IMG/VR virus record: IMGVR_UViG_3300030376_002698
Span: 1 to 64,000 of that record
From: an uncultured virus (IMG/VR IMGVR_UViG_3300030376_002698)
Taxonomy: Duplodnaviria > Heunggongvirae > Uroviricota > Caudoviricetes
Strand: one strand, 5' to 3'
DNA length: 64,000 bases
This document shows positions 57,422-64,000 of the stretch, piece by piece. The position numbers were made by a program, and so were the translations under genes. Position 1 is the first letter of the stretch. Every line of letters starts with the position of its first letter. The notes beneath the pieces are model-generated. The model searched no databases, had not been told where the DNA came from, and worked only from the letters and a program-made list of their open reading frames with translations.

Positions 57422-57582
57422 TATAATAGTCCTTTTTTAGTATTATTTACCACTAACTTTACGTCTGGTTGTGGTGTATATTCGATGTCAAGTTCTTTCT
57501 TATATCTAATAGGAGCAGATTCTTTAGTACCATTTAAGGCTTTTATTAGGTTAGCAATAACCTCTTTATCTGATTTACTCAT
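57421..57582 (-). CDS. Hypothetical protein
   Basis: Start at MSKSDK preferred; KLVVNN C-terminus. Confidence 0.5.
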   Translation of the reverse strand: MSKSDKEVIANLIKALNGTKESAPIRYKKELDIEYTPQPDVKLVVNNTKKGLL

Positions 57583-57844
57583 CTCCACCAGCGAATGCAG
57601 CAGCACCTATAGATGCATATCCAACAGGTCCTTGTACTTGTCTACGAATGGTATTTAATCTGCCTTTGCCTTTTAGACCTACAGCACCTCTTATACCTGA
57701 TTCTTTTGTTTTAGTTTTAGCATAAGTTTTTGTACCTTTTACTCTAGATATTTTAGCCCCTGCCTTTTTTTTGCCTTTAAGTACTTTTCTAGCAGTTTTT
57801 CTGCCAAGTACTTTAGCTGTTAGTCCTACAATTGGTAATGCCAT
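57575..57844 (-). CDS. Basic Gly/Lys-rich protein
   Basis: AGGAG RBS before ATG 57844. Confidence 0.6.
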   Translation of the reverse strand: MALPIVGLTAKVLGRKTARKVLKGKKKAGAKISRVKGTKTYAKTKTKESGIRGAVGLKGKGRLNTIRRQVQGPVGYASIGAAAFAGGDE

Positions 57845-57857
57845 TGTGTTTGTTCTC

Positions 57858-58097
57858 CTATCTATAAGCTCGTGTTTTACGAGCAATGTTTTTTGGTTGT
57901 TTTACGTGTTGTTTACCTTTTTTAGTGCCTTTACGCTTTGCTCTTGTAGTAGCAGCGTATTCTTTAGCCGATAACGACTTAATAGCTTTCTCAGGTAGGT
58001 ATCTTTCACCTGTTTTAGCAGAAGGTTTACCAGATTTGGTCCGCCATTTCTGTTTACCCCAGTTCTTTAAGCTCTTTTGAGACTTCTTCAGGGTCAT
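57858..58097 (-). CDS. Small basic protein (DUF5872-like C-terminal half)
   Basis: QKSL..W..QKW.T and ERYLP..A...LS motifs. Confidence 0.65.
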   Translation of the reverse strand: MTLKKSQKSLKNWGKQKWRTKSGKPSAKTGERYLPEKAIKSLSAKEYAATTRAKRKGTKKGKQHVKQPKNIARKTRAYR

Positions 58098-58267
58098 TTA
58101 TAACCGCCACCACCAGCCTTGTAGCGTTTCGCTAGCATTTGGGCTTTACGTGCCGACCATTGACCAGCTTTACCGCCCTTTGTGCCAGATTTTATACTCT
58201 GGAACATGCGTTTACGCATACCAGGCTTAGTATAGTTTCCAGCCTTGTTAACGGTACTCTTAGCCAT
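58094..58267 (-). CDS. Small basic protein, 57 aa (DUF5872-like N-terminal half)
   Basis: Manual translation ...YTKPGMRKR...GQWSARKAQMLAKRYKAGGGGYK. Confidence 0.7.
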   Translation of the reverse strand: MAKSTVNKAGNYTKPGMRKRMFQSIKSGTKGGKAGQWSARKAQMLAKRYKAGGGGYK

Positions 58268-58270
58268 GAC

Positions 58271-58372
58271 TTATAGTACTATTACTAGTACGAGTATAGC
58301 TGCACATGCAATTACTACGCCTTTTTTTTGCATAGTTAGTCCGTGCCATTTATCCAATATAATTTTTTTCAT
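58271..58372 (-). CDS. Single-TM micropeptide, 33 aa
   Basis: Manual translation MKKIILDKWHGLTMQKKGVVIACAAILVLVIVL. Confidence 0.55.
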   Translation of the reverse strand: MKKIILDKWHGLTMQKKGVVIACAAILVLVIVL

Positions 58373-58375
58373 AAT

Positions 58376-58528
58376 TTATCCTTTGTTATGCTTCATTTGT
58401 ACTGGAAACTTAGCTGTTAAGCTAGCTCCCTTATGTTTTTGAAATTTACCTGTATGCTTCATAAGCTTAAAACCTTTACCAGCTTTCATCCAATGAAAAC
58501 CTGCAGGTGCTTTAACGTTTTTATTCAT
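58376..58528 (-). CDS. Small basic protein, 50 aa
   Basis: Manual translation MNKNVKAPAGFHWMKAGKGFKLMKH... Confidence 0.65.
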   Translation of the reverse strand: MNKNVKAPAGFHWMKAGKGFKLMKHTGKFQKHKGASLTAKFPVQMKHNKG

Positions 58529-58614
58529 TACTTTTTCTTACCTTTTTTCTTCTTAGATTTCATGATCTTATCTTTGAGAGCTTTAGGTAATGTCATCTGT
58601 TTCTTAGTAAGCAT
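58528..58614 (-). CDS. Basic micropeptide, 28 aa
   Basis: MLTKKQMTLPKALKDKIMKSKKKKGKKK. Confidence 0.6.
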   Translation of the reverse strand: MLTKKQMTLPKALKDKIMKSKKKKGKKK

Positions 58615-58696
58615 TCTTTTTACCCTTCTTCTTTTTTTTCTTCTTCATTGGTGGTCTGCCTTTAGCAGATCCGTACGTTCCTTTACCCATTGGCAT
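58604..58696 (-). CDS. Poly-lysine micropeptide, 30 aa
   Basis: MPMGKGTYGSAKGRPPMKKKKKKKGKKNAY; homolog 19417..19503. Confidence 0.7.
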   Translation of the reverse strand: MPMGKGTYGSAKGRPPMKKKKKKKGKKNAY

Positions 58697-58739
58697 GATA
58701 GTTCTCCTATTTATGTGTTTAAATGCGTTTTAAGCTATG

Positions 58740-59459
58740 TTACAGCACGATTGCTTTATTATTGGGATTATCCAGTACCGCAGGTGAAAACATGTTTAAA
58801 TTGCCTGCTATAGTCCTTCTCTCGCCTGGTCCTTCAAAAGGGTAGACACAGTGCTGACACCATGATGGAAAGAATATAATCTTACCAACCTCAGGTTTAA
58901 TGGTTTTGCATAGAGCTGGTCTTAGCTCTTCTAAACCCCTGATACTCGTTTGACCGAAATGAAACTGTAAGAAGCCATCATAAGCACCACCAGAGTTATA
59001 GAGATCAGTAGGCTTATAGTTATTATTATTGGCTATTTGCGGTGGTATCTTAGTCCAGGTAGTAAATGATATGCCCATAGGCGTATCAGTACCATGATCA
59101 TGCAAGGGGTTATAATCCCTCTCATAAGAGTGTACCGACCATAAGCTGTGGACATGAGGAATACGCTTCATGTCTCTGATACCAACATGTTGACCAAAAT
59201 GGTGTACATAAGTACCAGCAAGCTGCGCTACATATTTTGTAAAAGGTAATACCAATGGATCTCTATCATCCATTTTAAGTTGTTCGCCGTGCGATATCTG
59301 TCCGACCAGATTATCTGAAAAGTCCACCCCTGCAGGCTTTTTATGTTTAGCGTCTAGGTATTTATTCAGATCGTTGACCATACGCTCTTCCATTTGCACC
59401 TCCATCAGAAGTGCTACACTTACCTGCGATAATTTAATTTCTACTTCTTTATCCGCCAT
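58740..59459 (-). CDS. Putative 2OG-Fe(II) oxygenase (module B)
   Basis: Homolog of 19559..20239. Confidence 0.75.
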   Translation of the reverse strand: MADKEVEIKLSQVSVALLMEVQMEERMVNDLNKYLDAKHKKPAGVDFSDNLVGQISHGEQLKMDDRDPLVLPFTKYVAQLAGTYVHHFGQHVGIRDMKRIPHVHSLWSVHSYERDYNPLHDHGTDTPMGISFTTWTKIPPQIANNNNYKPTDLYNSGGAYDGFLQFHFGQTSIRGLEELRPALCKTIKPEVGKIIFFPSWCQHCVYPFEGPGERRTIAGNLNMFSPAVLDNPNNKAIVL

Positions 59460-59640
59460 ACCAACTTATTAAATCCTTTAAATCCTTTGTGTGCTTTATA
59501 AACCTCTTATCATCACCTTTAATTACTATAGCGATTTCTGGATTAGGAGCAACCTTATTCCCACTGAGCCTGGCATATAATTTTGCCTGATCTCTACCGA
59601 AGCTATCTTCCCCGAATATGACGTGTCCAACTCTAGGCAT
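59449..59640 (-). CDS. Hypothetical protein, 63 aa
   Basis: Start at MPRVGH after a G-rich RBS preferred over the longer ORF. Confidence 0.5.
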   Translation of the reverse strand: MPRVGHVIFGEDSFGRDQAKLYARLSGNKVAPNPEIAIVIKGDDKRFIKHTKDLKDLISWYGG

Positions 59641-59689
59641 AAGCCCCCCCTTCATTTGATTAGTCTCAATACAAACCCCCCTATATATC

Positions 59690-60130
59690 ATTATGCACTG
59701 CTGTAGCAGTGTTGATGTGTGGGGGCATTCTAAAACCCCACGCTTTTGAATTGACGCTTTGAATGCATTGGGGAAATTGATTCTTGAACTCACAGTTCGA
59801 CTGTGCATTCGACCGCTTTCTCTGCATCTGCGAGCGTCAATGCATTAAGTGATATCTGCATTGCAAGACTTCTTTGTCTTACGTGTAAGGAAGTGATGCA
59901 ATGCATGTAAAGTCTGGGCTCCTTTGTATACACGACGGACGCTAACACGGCTTACTAACATCATACGAATCGGGATTTGTAGTCAAGTATTATATCGGTT
60001 CCAGGCGCTTGCATTTTTTCTTCTTGTTCGGCGCAGCCGAACGCTTAATGCACGACAACAAGTTGTCGAAGCTTCTACCAATCTAACACTGGACAACTGC
60101 ATCCAGCGATTAGTTATGCTGTGAGTAATT
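59690..60130. other. Hairpin-dense non-coding region between divergent late and early operons
   Basis: Multiple nested inverted repeats. Confidence 0.55.
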
Positions 60131-60179
60131 GTGTTAGTTGAATAAACAGCTACCACCTAACCTCTAAAAGGAGATTACT

Positions 60180-60383
60180 ATGAATAACAATAAAAATATA
60201 ATACAAGTACTTGACGCAGCTCAAGTCACAAGCACAGAAAGTTACTTTCAAGATAGTTGCGAACAGTGCAATTCAGAATTTATATTTGGGGATTCTATAC
60301 ATACCCTAGTAAATGATGACCGTGACTACCATCCTGTGTCTATAATCTGTGGAAAATGTTTCAATCAAATAGGGAGAAAATAA
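60180..60383 (+). CDS. Small Zn-ribbon protein
   Basis: CEQC...CGKC; AAGGAG RBS. Confidence 0.6.
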   Translation: MNNNKNIIQVLDAAQVTSTESYFQDSCEQCNSEFIFGDSIHTLVNDDRDYHPVSIICGKCFNQIGRK

Positions 60384-60384
60384 C

Positions 60385-60543
60385 ATGATATCAATTATAA
60401 TTATATCAGTACTACTACTAACTAACTTATTTACCTTCTTGTGTCTGGTTCATCTTGAACAGGAGACAAACGACTTGCTGAAACAGGTTGAGGAGGAAAG
60501 AGAATTTAGTAGAGAATTAATTAAAACAGGAGAAAAATCATGA
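60385..60543 (+). CDS. Small membrane-anchored protein, 52 aa
   Basis: Manual translation; RBS; stop overlaps the next ATG. Confidence 0.5.
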   Translation: MISIIIISVLLLTNLFTFLCLVHLEQETNDLLKQVEEEREFSRELIKTGEKS

Positions 60544-61271
60544 ACGGTAAAATTGATTACGAACTAGAAGCTAGTCATATACTAGAAGAACATAATATCG
60601 AAGAAGCATCAGAAAGTATGGTAAGGTCAGTTGATACTAATAAAAGTATTACTTGGTCGCACAATACTTTCGAACTGCGAAACGCTCATGCTGCACTATT
60701 GCATGCTGAGATAAGAGAGTATCATGCTCAAACTGAGTTGTTGACTGCTATAGATAACGACTTAGTTGATGCACGAATGGAAGGCTCTCACGACCAGGAA
60801 GGTATCTATGGCTTTGATAATCCTAATGAGATTATGGTACACAAGAAAGATTATATCATAAGAAGTCAAGAGTTCTTTCTTGATTCAGCTTTAGGTAAAC
60901 TCAAGATGTTTTGGTTACGATATGGTTGTAGTCATGTATCTTGTTTGTTGTACACCAAGTCAGGTAAACTAGGATACAAGCAAACTCAAATTGCTAAGAT
61001 AGCTAGTACTGGTTGGTACAATGAATTGATTAGACTTACTGATAACAAAGAACTTATCAGTGTCTATGATTCAGAAAGACAACAGTTGAGCTACAGAATC
61101 AATGGTAATATTGCTGCTCTCAAATCTGCTACTACACCAGCTGTAAAGCAGGGAAATTTGTTTGAGAAACAAGCCTTAACCCAATTGGTTCAAGTACAAG
61201 ACCGTGAGAATAAACTCAATGCGTATCTTGATAAACAACCACTTGTGGTAAAAGAACAAGTAAACAAGTAA
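60540..61271 (+). CDS. Early hypothetical protein
   Basis: 243-aa ORF with RBS and downstream terminator. Confidence 0.7.
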   Translation: MNGKIDYELEASHILEEHNIEEASESMVRSVDTNKSITWSHNTFELRNAHAALLHAEIREYHAQTELLTAIDNDLVDARMEGSHDQEGIYGFDNPNEIMVHKKDYIIRSQEFFLDSALGKLKMFWLRYGCSHVSCLLYTKSGKLGYKQTQIAKIASTGWYNELIRLTDNKELISVYDSERQQLSYRINGNIAALKSATTPAVKQGNLFEKQALTQLVQVQDRENKLNAYLDKQPLVVKEQVNK

Positions 61272-61279
61272 AATCCCCT

Positions 61280-61326
61280 GATGGGTTAGTCGGTTATACA
61301 CTGGCTAACCTGTCAAATTTTTTTTT
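61280..61326 (+). terminator. Terminator-like hairpin
   Basis: TGATGGGTTAGTCGGT/ACTGGCTAACCTGTCA stem followed by a T run. Confidence 0.7.
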
Positions 61327-61480
61327 GTAGTCCAAGTCTGTCTACATAGGGTGTATAAAGAAATACATAGATATGTAGAATTATAAACAACACATAAGAG
61401 GTTAAAGAATAGATGATTCAAGTGTAGAAGAAGCTGGTAAAAAATAACTCCAGAGTAGTGCAACTACATAGAATATCTTA

Positions 61481-61578
61481 GGACTGTCGGTCACAGAAGG
61501 GGAGAAGTAATCAATAGGAACGAGATTGAGATTATTTCAAGAGTGGATTCTTGGCTCGACCAGCATGTTAGACAGTCC
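61481..61578 (+). ncRNA. Candidate structured RNA element
   Basis: GGACTGTC/GACAGTCC closing stem with nested stems; strand assumed. Confidence 0.3.
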
Positions 61579-61612
61579 GCTTATATTAACAATCAACACA
61601 TAGGAGGTAAAA

Positions 61613-61822
61613 ATGTGGAGAGTACTAAAATCAATGAGTAATTTATTACTTATAGACAGAGTCGTGAAGAGAGTGAAAGACGTTGCTAACGTGGACCCAT
61701 CTCTTGATGAAGCTCTTGAGCAGTACGAAAAAGCTCAGGAGAAAATAGGTAGATTAGAGCAAGTGATAGCTAGAAAGCATCAAAGGCTACAGTCTATCGT
61801 AATTCGTAACAAACAAAGCTAG
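61613..61822 (+). CDS. Hypothetical coiled-coil protein
   Basis: AGGAGG RBS. Confidence 0.6.
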   Translation: MWRVLKSMSNLLLIDRVVKRVKDVANVDPSLDEALEQYEKAQEKIGRLEQVIARKHQRLQSIVIRNKQS

Positions 61823-61831
61823 GAGGATAAT

Positions 61832-62089
61832 ATGGCTATAGATACGAGTAAACAAGCAAGCATGTATGTTAAAGGTTACATGCAAAACATCTGGAAACGT
61901 GACGAGTCAGGTCAAGTGGTAAAACCATTTGAAAAGACTGGTGAACAGTTTAAGGTAATACAAACAATTAATATGCCTATAGATACTGTGCGACCAGGTG
62001 AAAGCATCACTGTTGAAACTCTTAACCAATTGGTAGAGAGAAACAATGTTGATGTTTCTATGGTAGAAGCACCAAGACCTAAAAACTAA
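61832..62089 (+). CDS. Hypothetical protein
   Basis: AGGAGG RBS. Confidence 0.65.
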   Translation: MAIDTSKQASMYVKGYMQNIWKRDESGQVVKPFEKTGEQFKVIQTINMPIDTVRPGESITVETLNQLVERNNVDVSMVEAPRPKN

Positions 62090-62163
62090 TACTGGGTAAG
62101 GTGGGGAAGTTGATGTTCAGTCGGCTTAAATCCCCACCCCCCTATTCAACAAAAGGAAAAGTT

Positions 62164-62358
62164 ATGATAGAATTCGAAATATCTTCAATGCTAGACCAAG
62201 TCAGGTCTGGTAAAATGACAGCTGACACCTTTGTAAACAAGTGTGAAGCTATCGTTAATAATTTTAACAAAGAACTAGAAAAACAAGGACAAGCTGCTTA
62301 TGAGGAGCAAGAGTCCAAAAGTATGTTGGAGGCAGAACTAAATGGAAACGATACGTGA
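62164..62358 (+). CDS. Hypothetical protein
   Basis: Start MIEFE after AAGGA; the upstream part of the track ORF is a hairpin. Confidence 0.55.
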   Translation: MIEFEISSMLDQVRSGKMTADTFVNKCEAIVNNFNKELEKQGQAAYEEQESKSMLEAELNGNDT

Positions 62359-62518
62359 ACAGTTATTACTAAAACTCAATAATCATCTTGATATGTATCA
62401 TGGCATTATGGCTGGTCAAGCAGTCGGATGCGAACATAGAGAGATGGAGCAAGCACAGCAATTAGCTGAAATATTACAAATTAACTTGGATACTTATGAG
62501 GAGGAACGTAATGGTTAA
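62342..62518 (+). CDS. Hypothetical protein, 58 aa
   Basis: Manual translation filling the gap; GGAGG upstream. Confidence 0.5.
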   Translation: METIREQLLLKLNNHLDMYHGIMAGQAVGCEHREMEQAQQLAEILQINLDTYEEERNG

Positions 62519-63275
62519 ACACATTGCAACTAAACCACAAACTACTAATAATTATAGTATGTTTAAATTCAAACATGGTAATAGACCAGTAGATCAAGCT
62601 CATGTAAAAAAGCTGATTACATCTATGACCGAAGTATATGTACCGCAAACAATTTATGTCAACAAACGACACGAAATAACTGACGGTCAACATAGATTCA
62701 CCGCAGCTAAAGCACTAGGTCTACCTATTACTTATATGGTTACAGATCATTCATTGGATGATATCCGTAGGATGAACCAGAACAATAAGAACTGGAGTAT
62801 AGATGATTTTCTTAGCTCTTATGTAAGTATAGAAGCTAAAAAGAATCCTGAAACAGTTGGTCCATATGGTGTATTCAAACACTTTAAAGACATTACTGGT
62901 TTTGGTAATGCAACTTGTATCATGATGCTATCTGATGTAGCATCAAGTACTATTGGATTAGTTCATTCTAGTGTAATCAAAACATTCAAAAGCGGTGAGT
63001 TTGTTATACCCCCTGGTCAGTTTGAAAAAGCTAAACGCCAGGCTAAAATGATTAATTTAGTTGGTCATTTTTATGAAGGTAACAAACGTAGATCGTTCAT
63101 TGCAGCGTTTATACAGGCACTAAATGATGAGAAGTTTGATTTTAAAAAGTTTATAAGAAAACTAGAATTAAATCGAAGTAAGCTATTTCATTGTACTAGT
63201 ACTGATGAGTACCTAGAGGCTATACAAAAGCTGTACAATTGGGGTGATAAAAAGAAAACTAAACTAAGGAGATAA
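62511..63275 (+). CDS. ParB/Srx-like N-terminal domain protein
   Basis: GNRPV...HV.KL and DGQHR..A motifs; GAGGAGG RBS. Confidence 0.7.
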   Translation: MVKHIATKPQTTNNYSMFKFKHGNRPVDQAHVKKLITSMTEVYVPQTIYVNKRHEITDGQHRFTAAKALGLPITYMVTDHSLDDIRRMNQNNKNWSIDDFLSSYVSIEAKKNPETVGPYGVFKHFKDITGFGNATCIMMLSDVASSTIGLVHSSVIKTFKSGEFVIPPGQFEKAKRQAKMINLVGHFYEGNKRRSFIAAFIQALNDEKFDFKKFIRKLELNRSKLFHCTSTDEYLEAIQKLYNWGDKKKTKLRR

Positions 63276-63276
63276 T

Positions 63277-63603
63277 ATGGAAAATAAATACAATGTTATG
63301 ATACTACCTGCATCTGGTGGCATCATTGCACAAACTGTGCCAGGTGATGATGGTCCTAACTTTAAAGACATCAAAGAAATGCTTGGCATCAAAATGATTG
63401 AGATAACTGGTGCTACTATGGGTGGTAAAGATTACGATCTATACTTCGATGAAGAAGGTAGATACAGTAACAAAGCTATCATTAATGATTCTGCAACTGT
63501 ATTCTTTTTAGCGTGGTTGGCTAAGGAAGGCAGAACTACTATGATACCTAATGTAGTTGGTAATGCAGCTCTTGTCCAAAGGGAGCCAGTCAATGTCAAA
63601 TAA
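63277..63603 (+). CDS. DUF3846-like protein
   Basis: IE, DEEG, N..AT, VVGNA motifs. Confidence 0.6.
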   Translation: MENKYNVMILPASGGIIAQTVPGDDGPNFKDIKEMLGIKMIEITGATMGGKDYDLYFDEEGRYSNKAIINDSATVFFLAWLAKEGRTTMIPNVVGNAALVQREPVNVK

Positions 63604-63838
63604 CAATTCAATAATTAGTAAATATGATAATTACCAAAGTGAGCATGCAGATGTACCTGGTAGTGGTAACATTATTGGCATACTTGAGAATGAATCAATA
63701 GAAACTGTATTCAGAGTATTTGGCGGTACTATCGAAGATACCCCAAAACAAGTATGGTCTAATGTTTCTAATGCTGTTTACGAGTATTTAGGTAATCATA
63801 ATATAATTGATCTACAAGTAAAAAGGACACTGCAATGA
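63557..63838 (+). CDS. Hypothetical protein
   Basis: Operon context; real start probably MSNNN. Confidence 0.5.
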   Translation: MVMQLLSKGSQSMSNNNSIISKYDNYQSEHADVPGSGNIIGILENESIETVFRVFGGTIEDTPKQVWSNVSNAVYEYLGNHNIIDLQVKRTLQ

Positions 63839-64000
63839 GTAAAAGAGATGACGATCTTCTTACTGTAATAAATTTTGATGATGAGCAACCACATCAAAAA
63901 ATCCAATATTTAATGTCAGAAGGTAATCGTAGAATTATACAATCTTCTTATAGTAAAGAAGTTATAGAAGAAGCTGCTGCTTACTTGAATAATCTTAATG
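63835..64000 (+). CDS. Hypothetical protein (truncated)
   Basis: ATGA overlap, AAGGA RBS, open to the edge. Confidence 0.5.
   Translation, partial: MSKRDDDLLTVINFDDEQPHQKIQYLMSEGNRRIIQSSYSKEVIEEAAAYLNNLN

Noticed and set aside
1..59640. Simple concatemer or terminal redundancy of one genome
   Set aside because: The copies are substantially diverged and differ in gene content
59924..60124. 66-aa ORF in the hairpin region
   Set aside because: TTG start without RBS inside structured non-coding DNA
1..64000. Tandem prophages in a host chromosome
   Set aside because: No integrase, att-like tRNA target or host genes visible in the window
1..64000. Alternative genetic code
   Set aside because: Long genes are intact under the standard code and all three stop codons are used

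Overview
The window is entirely AT-rich tailed-phage (podovirus-like) sequence of the kind seen in marine metagenomes. I see no host genes, integrase, tRNA or CRISPR. It holds two complete, syntenic, clearly diverged copies of the same virion-morphogenesis operon, both on the minus strand and about 36-39 kb apart: module A at about 1-20,239 and module B at about 35,764-59,640. Each runs 2OG-Fe(II) oxygenase > small cationic proteins > TerS > TerL > portal > scaffold > major capsid > decoration/fibre > adaptor > nozzle > GNAT-like > three ejection proteins > tail fibre. Between the modules lie an early/middle region and a late accessory block. The early/middle region has C5 and N6 methyltransferases, a Mom-like enzyme, an exonuclease and an SSB, but no polymerase, primase or helicase. 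The late block has a phosphoesterase, a gp1.7-like protein, a holin-like protein and exported proteins. A second, unrelated early region starts at about 60.2 kb. The main candidates for new biology are (i) the double virion module with islands of near-identity, which could also be a chimeric assembly of two related phages (a 10-N scaffold gap is present); (ii) an array of very cationic MISK-type mini-genes inserted between terL and portal of module B, punctuated by repeats copied from the 3' ends of upstream genes; and (iii) structured non-coding elements in both early regions. All functional calls come from motif recognition and synteny by eye; no searches were run.
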